A stretch of 64,000 nucleotides of DNA from a virus (IMGVR_UViG_3300049919_000280:19682-83681), one strand, 5' to 3'. Shown: positions 6,553 through 16,117, counted from the first letter of the stretch. Translations and numbers: made by a program. The notes: a model not told the origin generated them from the letters alone.

Positions 6553-6581
6553 TTGATTTTAATATGTAAACGCGGTATAAT
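6553..6581 (+). promoter_or_regulatory. sigma70-type promoter TTGATT-N17-TATAAT for the helicase gene
   Basis: Consensus spacing. The track's ATG at 6582 lies inside this promoter, so the CDS start was moved to 6609. Confidence 0.6.
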
Positions 6582-6608
6582 ATGCGTTCATCTTCTTATA
6601 GGATTATT

Positions 6609-7901
6609 ATGGCTGATTACGCAAAACTAGCAACCAAGATGCTTGGGTTCCCTCTAAACGAAGACCAGAACGCTGCAATAAGCGAGATCGTAGAATGGGC
6701 AAACCAACCTCTTGCGGTCTCACCGTACAAAACACTGGGTGGGTATGCTGGAACTGGAAAGTCAACAATCGTAAAGGTTATCGTTAGCCTAGTTTCTAGT
6801 AACACTGCACTGTGCGCACCAACAAACAAAGCGGTTAAGGTTCTTAAGTCTCTAGGGACTGGACGAACATGCATGACCATTTATTCTCTTCTTGGTCTTC
6901 GTATGTCACAGCATGAGGATAAGCTAAAGCTCGAAAAGGCGTTGAAGGATAAGGTCGGCAGTTATAATCTAATCATCATCGATGAGGCTGGAATGATTGG
7001 CGAAGAACTTCTTGACTATATCGAGACAGCAACAAAGATGTATGGCGTTAAAGTTCTTTTCGTTGGTGACCCCGGCCAGTTGAATCCTATTGGAGAAGAC
7101 CTCTCTGAGATTTGGGGGCGTTATCCAATGATCATCCTTCGCAAGGTTGAGCGTCATGACAATCAGATTCTGGATTTTGCTACTCATATTCGCTCAACAA
7201 AAATTACTGCTCTTCGTTATGAAAATAATAACGATGGTATCGAGGGGGTATGGGATTTGGATATGACAAAATTCAAGGGTACCATCAAGGACTATGCAGC
7301 GGCTGGTTCTTTCCACGGAACAAAAAGTCGTGTTCTAGCATGGAGAAATAAAACTGTTGATGAATATAATGAATTCATTCGGCATTGCATCCATGGGGTT
7401 AGGGCTAAGAAAGAAGAATGGATTGAGGGGGATCGTGTAGTATTCACCGCACCGTTTGGCGATGATATCATTACAGACGACGAAGGCTATGTTAGGTCAA
7501 TGTCGGTTGGGTTCAGTCGAGATTATCCAAGATTCAAGTGCATCCATCTTGAAGTAATGTTGAACGACGAATATCCAATCATCGTACCAATTATTCATCC
7601 TGACTCAGATGATGATTATGTTGACGAACTCAGTCTAATATCCATGCAGGCTAGGAAATATAAAGAGGCAAAGGATTTTAAGGCTTCTGGTGCAAAGTGG
7701 AAAGAATACTGGACTCTCGTTGATTCCTTCGTGAAGATAAAGCATGGTTACGCACTTACCGCACATCGGGCACAAGGATCGACTTATGAGAACGTTTTCG
7801 TTGATGTTAGTGACATTCTAACGAACAGCAATCGCAAAGAAGCTAAGCGGTGTTTATATGTTACTGCAACCAGACCTACAACTAGGTTGTTCCTGACATG
7901 A
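6609..7901 (+). CDS. dda: Dda-like SF1B DNA helicase (430 aa)
   Basis: Walker A GYAGTGKST; C-terminal motif ALTAHRAQGSTYENVFVD typical of the RecD/Dda family. Size matches T4 Dda (439 aa). Confidence 0.7.
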   Translation: MADYAKLATKMLGFPLNEDQNAAISEIVEWANQPLAVSPYKTLGGYAGTGKSTIVKVIVSLVSSNTALCAPTNKAVKVLKSLGTGRTCMTIYSLLGLRMSQHEDKLKLEKALKDKVGSYNLIIIDEAGMIGEELLDYIETATKMYGVKVLFVGDPGQLNPIGEDLSEIWGRYPMIILRKVERHDNQILDFATHIRSTKITALRYENNNDGIEGVWDLDMTKFKGTIKDYAAAGSFHGTKSRVLAWRNKTVDEYNEFIRHCIHGVRAKKEEWIEGDRVVFTAPFGDDIITDDEGYVRSMSVGFSRDYPRFKCIHLEVMLNDEYPIIVPIIHPDSDDDYVDELSLISMQARKYKEAKDFKASGAKWKEYWTLVDSFVKIKHGYALTAHRAQGSTYENVFVDVSDILTNSNRKEAKRCLYVTATRPTTRLFLT

Positions 7902-8240
7902 GAAGGGGGCATAAAGAGCTTCCACACCATGAGTTTAAACGGGAGCCGGTGAGGATACCTAAAGATGAGTTCTCTTGGTGGCATGCCGTTTTCTTGGTGA
8001 TTCTTTTAATATTTTTGTATAACTTGATGGGGTGAAACGTGGAAAAGTATATTTGGTTTGGATTTATCGTAGTGTGGTTTGGATGGTTCGCAAAAATCTA
8101 TATCGATATTATGATCGCAGCATTCAAGAAGCGTAACGAAAACTGTTCCTCATAATTTACATTGTAAACAATTAGAAACATTCTGCGTGGGTTGTCTGCC
8201 ATCACGTAGTCTCATTTGAGGCAGAAATTTTAATAGGGAA

Positions 8241-8471
8241 ATGCATATGACTAAAGCAACTAAATCTTCAACATCGAAAATCCAAATTCTGGCCGGATCG
8301 AAAGTTACCATCCCAACCGGAACACGGATCAATACCGAAGCTGGTATGATCAAAGCAAATCGTGATTTTTCTGTCACGGTACAATCCGCACGTAGCACCC
8401 CTGCTGGCAACATCAAGGTAACTTGGCGCGGTCATCGCAGCATGAAGAGCGCCGTTATTAAGACTAAGTAA
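8241..8471 (+). CDS. hypothetical small protein (76 aa)
   Basis: ORF with RBS agggaaatgcatATG. Confidence 0.5.
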   Translation: MHMTKATKSSTSKIQILAGSKVTIPTGTRINTEAGMIKANRDFSVTVQSARSTPAGNIKVTWRGHRSMKSAVIKTK

Positions 8472-8490
8472 TCAACTAGGATTAATGGCA

Positions 8491-8524
8491 AAGACGGCTT
8501 CCACGGAAGTCGTCTTTTTGCTTT
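8491..8524 (+). terminator. rho-independent terminator (12-bp stem aagacggcttcc / ggaagtcgtctt, then TTTTTG)
   Basis: Strong hairpin with one G-U pair and a T tract. The next promoter cassette follows directly. Confidence 0.65.
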
Positions 8525-8611
8525 AAAATCAATGAGTTAATAAATGTATTGCGTTTTGTTTGAAATTTTGTTAAAGTTACTCCATCGAAACGAAACATAT
8601 GGAGAAACATC

Positions 8612-8743
8612 ATGAACAGCACCGCAACCTTCGACTGTATTAGCCAGTGTGCAGTATTCTGTGCAGAACTCGTTAAGAATGGCATCGTGTTTCGTATGGA
8701 AACCGTTGGTTCGTCGTTTCGTGTGACCATGACTGGGTATTAA
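8612..8743 (+). CDS. small protein (43 aa)
   Basis: Cassette leader ccatcgaaacgaaacatatggagaaacatcATG. Below the ORF-track cutoff. Confidence 0.5.
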   Translation: MNSTATFDCISQCAVFCAELVKNGIVFRMETVGSSFRVTMTGY

Positions 8744-8747
8744 GTAG

Positions 8748-9122
8748 ATGACAAGAATTAACGTTTTACCGCCAGAAGAACTCTGCAATCAGCACCTTCT
8801 GGCGGAGTGGCGTGAGTTGCCTAGGATGGCATGGTTTGCCGGAAAGGCTGCTTCCAAGGATGCCCCTAGAGAATATACCCTTGGTGCAGGGCACATGAAA
8901 TTTTTCCTCGACAAGGGAATATTTCTTGAGAACCGGCACACGGATTTGACCAAAGAACTTCTCAGGCGAGGGTTCCAGCTTTCTAACACGGAACCATTTA
9001 TCATGTCTGATCGGTTCGGCAAAAAAGATTACATTCCGACTGCAGATGCGGTTAGAATTAATAGGGCGCGTGTTCTGGAAAGAATGCCTGCATCACCAAG
9101 ATGGGAATTGAAAGGACTTTGA
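8748..9122 (+). CDS. denV: pyrimidine dimer DNA glycosylase (endonuclease V)
   Basis: The N-terminus MTRINVLPPEELCNQHLLAEWRELPRM aligns with T4 DenV [32 protein letters not shown]..FF is also shared. Confidence 0.85.
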   Translation: MTRINVLPPEELCNQHLLAEWRELPRMAWFAGKAASKDAPREYTLGAGHMKFFLDKGIFLENRHTDLTKELLRRGFQLSNTEPFIMSDRFGKKDYIPTADAVRINRARVLERMPASPRWELKGL

Positions 9123-9361
9123 TGTATTGTGTATACGCAAAAAATATTGAAGGTACTCCAATTGGATTGGAAATATCCGATTTGAATGCCGCAATCGAAA
9201 TGTGCGCTGCTATGCGAAAAGCAGGCACGTATCGTTTCGTCACGATGACAGTCGAAGACGAAAATCATGTAGGGAAAATGGGCGTGACCGAGGTCGATGA
9301 AACATACGACTGGGTCAAGCGTAGGGATTCAATTAAAGTTAGGAAAAATAATGAAGAGTAA
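9122..9361 (+). CDS. hypothetical protein (79 aa)
   Basis: TGATG overlap with the denV stop. The longer upstream start in the track overlaps denV. Confidence 0.5.
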   Translation: MYCVYAKNIEGTPIGLEISDLNAAIEMCAAMRKAGTYRFVTMTVEDENHVGKMGVTEVDETYDWVKRRDSIKVRKNNEE

Positions 9362-9444
9362 ATTTAAATCGTTTGTTTTGTGGGTGTGTTCGCTAGAAAG
9401 TCCGAGTATGAAGAGGTTCGCTAAACTTTATTGCCGGTGAAATA

Positions 9445-10254
9445 ATGTCAAAAATTAAAGATGCGCTTGGAGACAAGCTAAAGGAATATGAAATGGTTGA
9501 AGCTGGTCGGCGATGCATGAAAGGTCTGCCGATTGTCGCTAGACTTGATGGTCGTGCGTTTAGCAGCTTCACCAAAGGTCTGGCTCGACCTTATGATATT
9601 CGCATGAGCGCAGCGATGGTGGAGACCACGAAGTATTTGGTTGCCACCACTGGCGCTTTAATTGGTTACTGTCAGAGCGATGAAATTTCACTCCTATACT
9701 TCGTTGAAGCTGATGGGGTTGAGGATTATGCTTTTTCAGGCAGGTTCCAGAAACTAACCAGTATCCTCGCATCGACTGCTTCTGTCATGTTTTACTCTGA
9801 AGTGATTAAAAACATTCCAGAAAAGGCAGACAAACTTCCTGTGTTTGATTGCCGCATCATGCAACTTCCAACCAAAGAGATTGCAGCTGAGTGCTTCAAG
9901 TGGCGTGAATTGGATGCGACAAAGAATGCTGTTAGCATGGCTGCACATTCGATGATTCCACACAAAGAACTCGAAGGGCTCAAGGGCTGGCAAAAGCAGG
10001 AGTTAATGTTTAGTCGATTCGGCGTCAATTTCAACGATTACCCAGTGTTCTTTAAGCGTGGGACTTATGTCCGTAAGGAACCCATCCTTATCCCACTGGA
10101 CGAAGAGACACGAAATAAAATTCCAGCGGATAGGAGACCACCAAAGGGATTTTCGGTAATTCGTAATATGATGGCAGAACTTGATTGGGAGCCATGTACC
10201 AAGTATGATTCGGTTGAATGGACCAACATGATTTTTGGCGATGAGCCTAATTGA
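9445..10254 (+). CDS. Thg1-like protein (tRNA-His guanylyltransferase / 3'-5' polymerase family)
   Basis: VARLDGRAFSSF, GYCQSDEISLLY, FDCRIMQLP and KWRELDATKNA match Thg1 motifs VVRLDGRNFHRF, YGQSDEYSF, FDGRVVVYP and SWRQADCHINN (recalled from memory). Confidence 0.75.
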   Translation: MSKIKDALGDKLKEYEMVEAGRRCMKGLPIVARLDGRAFSSFTKGLARPYDIRMSAAMVETTKYLVATTGALIGYCQSDEISLLYFVEADGVEDYAFSGRFQKLTSILASTASVMFYSEVIKNIPEKADKLPVFDCRIMQLPTKEIAAECFKWRELDATKNAVSMAAHSMIPHKELEGLKGWQKQELMFSRFGVNFNDYPVFFKRGTYVRKEPILIPLDEETRNKIPADRRPPKGFSVIRNMMAELDWEPCTKYDSVEWTNMIFGDEPN

Positions 10255-10395
10255 TTTTCTTGCTGTAGTCTGGTGCGGCAGCGGCGAGCTAAAGCCTGTT
10301 TGACCAGAACGCTACCATGCTGCGCCGGGGCATGGTCTAAGACAAGTTCTACTGCGGGTTCGTGGGGGAATTAGCCGGTGCCAATTTTAGGAGCT

Positions 10396-10587
10396 ATGAT
10401 GCGATACTACGTGGATAGTGAAGGGCAAATTAAGGACGATTCGGTTCCACCTGCTGGTTATTATTTCAGTTATGAGGATGATGGTACCTATGAATCTATC
10501 CTAATCGTTAACGAAACTGATTTTGAGATCGTTGCAGAATATTGTATCTGGGACTCCCTCGAAGAACTTAAGGCTGCAATAAAGTGA
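10396..10587 (+). CDS. hypothetical protein (63 aa)
   Basis: RBS aggag 6 nt upstream of ATG 10396. Confidence 0.5.
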   Translation: MMRYYVDSEGQIKDDSVPPAGYYFSYEDDGTYESILIVNETDFEIVAEYCIWDSLEELKAAIK

Positions 10588-10949
10588 GACATATTAACAT
10601 CGCATTAGTTTGTGCCGAACGATCCACGTTCAAGCAGAGAATTGGGGCTGTAGTTTTTAAGGGCTCTAGGATTCTTGGAACTGGATTCAACCAGACCAAT
10701 AGGCACCAAAGCTTGGTCAAGACCTCATCTTGGCCCGGTTCTGTGCATGCTGAAGTTTCTGCAATTGCGGATGCCATCAGGAATTACAAAGACGTTCGTG
10801 GTGCTGATATGCTGGTCGTTAGATTAAAGAGGACTGGTGATATGGGGTTGGCTATGCCATGCGAGGCATGTTACAATGTTTTGAAGTCTGTTGGAATCCG
10901 GAGAGTCAATTTTTCCGATGTTGATGGATTTGGCTGCATCACTTTTTAG
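10584..10949 (+). CDS. CMP/dCMP deaminase family zinc-binding protein (121 aa)
   Basis: HAEVSAI ... PCEAC zinc-ligand motifs. Confidence 0.6.
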   Translation: MRHINIALVCAERSTFKQRIGAVVFKGSRILGTGFNQTNRHQSLVKTSSWPGSVHAEVSAIADAIRNYKDVRGADMLVVRLKRTGDMGLAMPCEACYNVLKSVGIRRVNFSDVDGFGCITF

Positions 10950-10957
10950 GAGTTAAA

Positions 10958-11131
10958 ATGGCTAAAATTCCCGTTATCTTAGAACCACCATACACCTGTT
11001 TATTTTGTGGTATGCCTTCTTGGGTCGATCCGTCTGATCAGTCTCCGCCACCAGATTATTGCCATGAATCCGACCATGGCGATGCCGAGGATTATATCGA
11101 GTACGCGCTTAGTCAAGGACAGGTTGATTGA
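10958..11131 (+). CDS. small protein (57 aa)
   Basis: RBS aggag. The product carries a CxxC pair. Confidence 0.45.
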   Translation: MAKIPVILEPPYTCLFCGMPSWVDPSDQSPPPDYCHESDHGDAEDYIEYALSQGQVD

Positions 11132-11150
11132 AATTAGTGTTGTAAATCAA

Positions 11151-11188
11151 GGAGTTGCGTGATTAGTTGCGTGACTCCTTTTCTTTTG
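11151..11188 (+). terminator. terminator hairpin ggagttgcgtg ... cgtgactcc plus TTTTCTTTTGG, immediately followed by an extended -10 (TGgTAGTAT) and the CATCGAAAC leader
   Basis: This terminator/promoter fusion recurs at 24189 and 37081. Confidence 0.5.
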
Positions 11189-11226
11189 GTAGTATGACTA
11201 CATCGAAACAACGTTGGAGACGCAAA

Positions 11227-11367
11227 ATGTTTAAGGGAGCCTTTTTTGTGTTTGGCGAAAATCCATTTGATGAATCTGACGAAATGGGGTTCATCATTCT
11301 CTCTGAGAAAATGGAAGCTGTTGATTTTACGACTGAATTTCCAGTTGGCTTGATCGAGGTCGAATAA
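11227..11367 (+). CDS. small acidic protein (46 aa)
   Basis: Leader ggagacgcaaaATG. Confidence 0.45.
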   Translation: MFKGAFFVFGENPFDESDEMGFIILSEKMEAVDFTTEFPVGLIEVE

Positions 11368-11368
11368 A

Positions 11369-11524
11369 ATGTTTATCATCCTTTATATTATTTCTTTCGT
11401 GCTGGTGCTCGTCGGATTCGGTGGCGTGTTGTGGGGTCGTGATACGCTCCCCGGAATGTCGTGCATGGCATCTGGTATTATTCTTAGCCTCATGGTTGCA
11501 TTCATGCATCAATCATCGATCTGA
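11369..11524 (+). CDS. small membrane protein (51 aa)
   Basis: Hydrophobic product MFIILYIISFVLVLVGFGGVLW. Confidence 0.45.
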   Translation: MFIILYIISFVLVLVGFGGVLWGRDTLPGMSCMASGIILSLMVAFMHQSSI

Positions 11525-11527
11525 ACC

Positions 11528-11803
11528 ATGAAACCACATCAAACAGCACACATCCATCATCGCTATTTTGTGTTCAGTCACGAAGATGGCGATAACATTA
11601 AACATCTTCGCTTCAATGACCTCGACGGTGGCTCTCGTTGGGTTACGCAATTCGAAGAAGCTCACATGTGGTCTAGCGAGGCAGATGCACTGGTTCAAGC
11701 AGACTATTGGGCGGATTCAATGAAACACAGCAACGTTAAGTACGTGGTTGGCCGAGTTACTGTGTCGGTCGATGGTCTTTACGCAATGATTGTCGCAGGA
11801 TAA
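11528..11803 (+). CDS. hypothetical protein (91 aa)
   Basis: ORF. Confidence 0.55.
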   Translation: MKPHQTAHIHHRYFVFSHEDGDNIKHLRFNDLDGGSRWVTQFEEAHMWSSEADALVQADYWADSMKHSNVKYVVGRVTVSVDGLYAMIVAG

Positions 11804-11979
11804 TGCAGTTCGATATGTATCATCTGATGTTTGGTAAGGCGGAAACATTTTACGATGACGCCCCACCAAAATGGCTGTTGTCGCAGGAATATAAGTGGTG
11901 GTATGATGCACATGTCCTGACGCTCAAGGTTGGACAGAGCATCAGTACGGATTTTAATGAAATTAAGAGGATTGCATAA
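11803..11979 (+). CDS. hypothetical protein (58 aa)
   Basis: TAATG start/stop overlaps at both ends. Confidence 0.45.
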   Translation: MQFDMYHLMFGKAETFYDDAPPKWLLSQEYKWWYDAHVLTLKVGQSISTDFNEIKRIA

Positions 11980-12401
11980 TGAAATCATTTAATGAAATTT
12001 GCCGCGAAATGGGTTACACTCGGGGGGATTCGTGCCCGATTCCAGTTCTGCGAGAGTTCTTTGCATACAGCAACGGGGTTGCAACAAAATTCCAAACCGA
12101 GGCAGAAGCTAGGAAAAGTTCAAAGCTCGTTGAAGTTGTTGATTGTTCTGCCGAGGCTAGGAAGAAGTGGTGGGCTGCTCGAATGGAGTTAGAGGCGAAG
12201 GCTGCTGCGATATGGTTCACTGCACTCAAAGAGCATTGGACTACTCCATGCCAAGCATTGAGTTTCGGTCTCTCTGAGGAATTGTTTCAGGTTTGCTATG
12301 ATGAAGCATACGCACGAGGACACGCTAACGGGTATGATGAGGTCGAAAATTATATGCGCGAGATTGTGGATTTTGCTCTTAAGATACGGGCGGCAAAATG
12401 A
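11979..12401 (+). CDS. hypothetical protein (140 aa)
   Basis: ORF. Confidence 0.6.
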   Translation: MKSFNEICREMGYTRGDSCPIPVLREFFAYSNGVATKFQTEAEARKSSKLVEVVDCSAEARKKWWAARMELEAKAAAIWFTALKEHWTTPCQALSFGLSEELFQVCYDEAYARGHANGYDEVENYMREIVDFALKIRAAK

Positions 12402-12727
12402 CGACATACAGTCCAGACTGCTGGGTCGTCATAAAGATATCCCAGAAGGATAAGCCAGACCTTTACAAGGTGTTCGGTTCTTGGTATGGTGGATATACCT
12501 CTGGTGATAGCTGGAAATGTAATTCCGGCATCACTAAGGTGCGACTTGTTGGTGACTGCTATGAGTTTCATGGGGTGTCTGGTAGCAAATATATTTGTCG
12601 AGTTAATGACGAAGGCACCTCTGGGTATGGTACAATGATTCTCGGTGGTTTGATTGATAGGGCAGCAGAAGCAGGATTCAAAATTGAAATTGTTCCGGTT
12701 GAGATTGTAATTAACCTAATGGGGTAG
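12398..12727 (+). CDS. hypothetical protein (109 aa)
   Basis: ORF. Confidence 0.6.
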   Translation: MTTYSPDCWVVIKISQKDKPDLYKVFGSWYGGYTSGDSWKCNSGITKVRLVGDCYEFHGVSGSKYICRVNDEGTSGYGTMILGGLIDRAAEAGFKIEIVPVEIVINLMG

Positions 12728-12731
12728 GATC

Positions 12732-13607
12732 GTGGAAAACAAAAACATCATTGTGAAAGAATCAAAGCGGTTTCCGGGGTTGTTTGTTCGGAAATACAAA
12801 AATTCAGTTTTTTATGATAATACCTGGTGCGCAGAAACCGTTGAGGCTCGCGGTCACGTATATAATGCTGCTGGGGTTCGTGTCGTAAATTCTCCCACCA
12901 AAATCTTCAATCACATGGAGAACGGACATACCATTGATCGAGATACAGAAGTCGTTGCCATCCGTAAGGTGAATGGATTCATGGCATGCGCGACTTGGAT
13001 ACCTGAACTTGATCGAGTCGTCGTTTCGACTACCGGTTCATTGGATTCCGATTTTGTTGGATATGCTGAGGAAATGTTCGCCCCAACTAACGTGATGGCT
13101 GTCGTTGCTGCAGCCGGCAAGAGAGCAGAATACAACACCACTTGGTTCTTTGAAATTTGCCATCCATCTGATCCGCATATTATTGAGGAAGCAGAAGGAG
13201 TTTATCTTCTGGGTGGTCGCTACGTTTCTTCTGGGTCGCCGTATTCATCGACAAAGGTACTGGAATCGGTATTTGATGATGTTGCAAAAGAAATGAACGT
13301 GATGCGCCCGTCATGGGCAATGTGTCGGTTTGGTGATGTTGTGAAGGAATCGAAGACGGTCAAGCACGAGGGATTCGTGTGCTACAGTGTAGATAAAGCG
13401 ATCAAGATTAAGTCGCCATATTATTTGGGGTGTAAAGCGGTTGCCCGAAAGAAGGATATCTTTACGCTGGATAAAAAGCGAGTTGATGAGGAGTTCTATC
13501 AAATCATCGATGCTTTGGTTGCAATGGGTAATGAGTTTAACGCTATGGAAGAACAGGATCGGCTGAAGTTGATTCGTAAATTGATTGAGGATGCACAAAA
13601 TGACTAA
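12732..13607 (+). CDS. Rnl1-family ATP-dependent RNA ligase, GTG start (291 aa)
   Basis: Nucleotidyltransferase motifs I K79-V-N-G, III FFEICH (E141), IV EGFV (E213) and V KIK (K225,K227). The spacing (62/72/12) matches T4 Rnl1 K99/E159/E227/K240. Confidence 0.6.
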   Translation: MENKNIIVKESKRFPGLFVRKYKNSVFYDNTWCAETVEARGHVYNAAGVRVVNSPTKIFNHMENGHTIDRDTEVVAIRKVNGFMACATWIPELDRVVVSTTGSLDSDFVGYAEEMFAPTNVMAVVAAAGKRAEYNTTWFFEICHPSDPHIIEEAEGVYLLGGRYVSSGSPYSSTKVLESVFDDVAKEMNVMRPSWAMCRFGDVVKESKTVKHEGFVCYSVDKAIKIKSPYYLGCKAVARKKDIFTLDKKRVDEEFYQIIDALVAMGNEFNAMEEQDRLKLIRKLIEDAQND

Positions 13608-13669
13608 TTCACCCGCAATAAAATCAAACACCACGGAAGAAATGCTTGAGGTAATTCAAGCCAAGGCTG

Positions 13670-13903
13670 ATGGCAAGGAAGTCCAATTCAAGCAGCAAGG
13701 TCAGCGAAATGATAAAGTGCGGTGATTGTAAATTTCTTGAGTCTGAGGATTCTGAATGGTTGGAGACTCGCGGGGCAAGTTATTGCAGAATCCAACTCCC
13801 GCCACAATTCTGGCATAAGGGTAGTCCCAGAATACACCAACCTGAAAATAGTGGTTGTGACCTAGGTATTGCGAAAGAAACCTCGATAAAAACTCCTTTG
13901 TAA
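13670..13903 (+). CDS. possible small Cys-containing protein (77 aa)
   Basis: An alternative 41-aa ORF 13600-13725 overlaps in another frame. Coding status is uncertain. Confidence 0.3.
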   Translation: MARKSNSSSKVSEMIKCGDCKFLESEDSEWLETRGASYCRIQLPPQFWHKGSPRIHQPENSGCDLGIAKETSIKTPL

Positions 13904-13923
13904 TCAACGAGTTGTGAACCGGC

Positions 13924-13952
13924 TTGACTTGGCACCAAGTCGTCTGTAGAAT
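13924..13952 (+). promoter_or_regulatory. promoter TTGACT-N17-TAGAAT overlapped by the 16-bp palindrome gacttggcaccaagtc (13926-13941); upstream TAATCAACGAGTTGT box
   Basis: The palindrome spans the -35 and spacer, so an operator is possible. Confidence 0.55.
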
Positions 13953-13983
13953 GCATCACATCGAAACCAAACGGAGCAAGACC

Positions 13984-14292
13984 ATGACTTACAAGTTATT
14001 CATTGATGACGAACGGCATCCTGTTACCAATGACTGGGTTATTGCTCGCTCGTCCAAAGAAGCAATCAAATGCGTTCAGGAAAATGGTTTGCCAGATGAA
14101 GTCGCGTTCGATCACGACCTCGGCGGCGATGACACTGTTCGCAGCTTCATTTTCGGTTTTGTGGACTATATTATCGACAATAGACTTGTTATCCCTAAGA
14201 GTTTCAAGTATAGTGTGCATAGCCAGAATCCAGTTGGTGCAGAGTGGATTCGTGGTACCATGAGCACGATCATAGAAGAATTCGGAGAATGA
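13984..14292 (+). CDS. hypothetical protein (102 aa)
   Basis: Cassette leader ends in caagaccATG. The earlier track start lies inside the promoter. Confidence 0.6.
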   Translation: MTYKLFIDDERHPVTNDWVIARSSKEAIKCVQENGLPDEVAFDHDLGGDDTVRSFIFGFVDYIIDNRLVIPKSFKYSVHSQNPVGAEWIRGTMSTIIEEFGE

Positions 14293-14293
14293 C

Positions 14294-14521
14294 ATGTTGG
14301 GATATACAACGTCTGAGTATGATGCTGCAGTGGAAGTTGCCTTGGCCGGAATGTCTGATGGACTCACCGACTTCGAGGGAAACAACTGCGAAGACTCTGG
14401 CCAAGATTGCAATGGGTGGGATGGATATAGTCGCAGATGCGAATGTGGAAATCGAAGAGTTGAATGGATTGCGGAACGGAATATGCGCGGGGAACTCGTG
14501 GCTGTTGCGGTTGCATACTAA
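14294..14521 (+). CDS. Cys-rich small protein (75 aa)
   Basis: ORF. Confidence 0.5.
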   Translation: MLGYTTSEYDAAVEVALAGMSDGLTDFEGNNCEDSGQDCNGWDGYSRRCECGNRRVEWIAERNMRGELVAVAVAY

Positions 14522-14535
14522 TTCGGAGAATCAAA

Positions 14536-14682
14536 ATGTTTACCATTTACTTTAAGATAATCGGCGATCATTTCGCCTCGGAACAGCGTGAGGTTGTTGA
14601 GGCTATTTCACGCAGCGAAGCAATCTCTAAGTTCGTTTCCAATATGGTCGGTGAAGCATATTTAATCGTTGAGGTGGTATGA
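14536..14682 (+). CDS. small protein (48 aa)
   Basis: ATG 14536. Its stop overlaps the next start (ATGA). Confidence 0.4.
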   Translation: MFTIYFKIIGDHFASEQREVVEAISRSEAISKFVSNMVGEAYLIVEVV

Positions 14683-15680
14683 TGGGCGGAAACTGCTTGA
14701 AGAATTGCGAAATTCGCCGGATGAGTCTGGTTGAATACAACATGACCTGCAAGAAGGTTCTTGAATCAATCAAAGATATGCGTGGCGAATGGGGATACTT
14801 GCGAGTTGCTAAAGTGTGTCGGTCAACTCGCAGCAAGATCGACTTTGGTGATATCGACGTTCTGATGGTTTCTGACGAATTGCCTGCGGATTGGATTGAA
14901 CAGTTATCTAAGGAATGGAAGAGCAAAGAAGTTGTCCGCAATGGCCCAGTGGTCACATTTGAAGTTGATGGCTTTCAGGTGGATGTCATCAAAACCCCAT
15001 CACATGAATTCAATTCGGCGTATGCCTACCTGGGCCAGGCCGACTGTGGCAACTTTATGGGAAAATTGTCCCGCAGACTTGGTCTGAAATACGGTCACAA
15101 TGGCCTAACCTATGTCTATCGTGATGGTGATCATGTCGTTGGTAATATCACTGTGTCCGATACTCCTGCCGAAACATTTGACCTACTCGGTTTAAATTAT
15201 GAAAAATTCCTAGAAGGATTCGATACGCTTGAAGATGTTTTTGAGTTCGTCGCATCCTCAAAATATTTCAGCCCGAAACCGTTTTCATTCGAGGAAATGA
15301 ATTCCATCGCTCGCATCCGTGACAAAAAGCGACCATCGTATAACGCGCTGCTGAAATGGATCGATGCTAACAAGGCAACTCGGGATTGGAATTATGAGTT
15401 TGCAGATAAGGATTCGTATCTCCCGATGCTCTTCGAAAGGTTTCCTAAATTCCGAGAAGAGTGGTATAATCTACGAGCTAGATCATATGTCATGCGAGAT
15501 ATTCAGGCCAAATTCAACGGCGATATTGTCAGAGATATAACTGGCCTTCAAGGTAAAGACCTTGGGTTATTCATGATTAAGTTGCGTATGGAAGGTGGAT
15601 TGACTCAAGACTTCATCCTCACTCAGTCGCAGGAAAAGATCAACCAAGTTATTGCAGATCAATTTAAGGAATCAAAATAA
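14679..15680 (+). CDS. putative Pol-beta-superfamily nucleotidyltransferase (333 aa)
   Basis: RSTRSKIDFGDIDVLMV resembles the GS-x(9-13)-DxD nucleotidyltransferase signature. The assignment is weak. Confidence 0.4.
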   Translation: MMGGNCLKNCEIRRMSLVEYNMTCKKVLESIKDMRGEWGYLRVAKVCRSTRSKIDFGDIDVLMVSDELPADWIEQLSKEWKSKEVVRNGPVVTFEVDGFQVDVIKTPSHEFNSAYAYLGQADCGNFMGKLSRRLGLKYGHNGLTYVYRDGDHVVGNITVSDTPAETFDLLGLNYEKFLEGFDTLEDVFEFVASSKYFSPKPFSFEEMNSIARIRDKKRPSYNALLKWIDANKATRDWNYEFADKDSYLPMLFERFPKFREEWYNLRARSYVMRDIQAKFNGDIVRDITGLQGKDLGLFMIKLRMEGGLTQDFILTQSQEKINQVIADQFKESK

Positions 15681-16114
15681 TGCGTAGAGACTCGTTGTTA
15701 TATTACTTCCTAAACACTTATGGAAACAAAAAGCTATGGTATCTCGAAAGAACTAATGGGCTGAATACATGTAATTTGGTCGGCATTATTTTCTCCACCA
15801 TCCTACTTTTTCTTTTGTTATATTCTACTGTTGCTGTGTTATCATATGTTCTTGTCGTGTCTCCTTTAATGTGGCTAGTTGCATATATGATGTTCGGCAG
15901 CATCGAACCAGACACACCTGCAGCTGTAGGAACCGCTTTTGTCTTTGCCGGGTCAGTGTTTTTAATTGGTGGATACACAATTCATCAAATCGAGACAAGG
16001 ATCACATCGAAATACCGTGATATAATTCACGAAAGAAATCCGGATTCCACGGTCGGAAAAATTTATTCTGCATGGCGAGATAAGGTTTGTCATAAAATCG
16101 AAATTGAGGATTGA
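15680..16114 (+). CDS. membrane protein (144 aa)
   Basis: Multiple hydrophobic segments. Confidence 0.55.
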   Translation: MRRDSLLYYFLNTYGNKKLWYLERTNGLNTCNLVGIIFSTILLFLLLYSTVAVLSYVLVVSPLMWLVAYMMFGSIEPDTPAAVGTAFVFAGSVFLIGGYTIHQIETRITSKYRDIIHERNPDSTVGKIYSAWRDKVCHKIEIED

Positions 16115-16117
16115 ATA

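Noticed and set aside
6582-6608. Track start codon for the helicase at 6582
   Set aside because: This ATG lies inside the -10 hexamer of the promoter TTGATT-N17-TATAAT. The start was moved to the next in-frame ATG at 6609.
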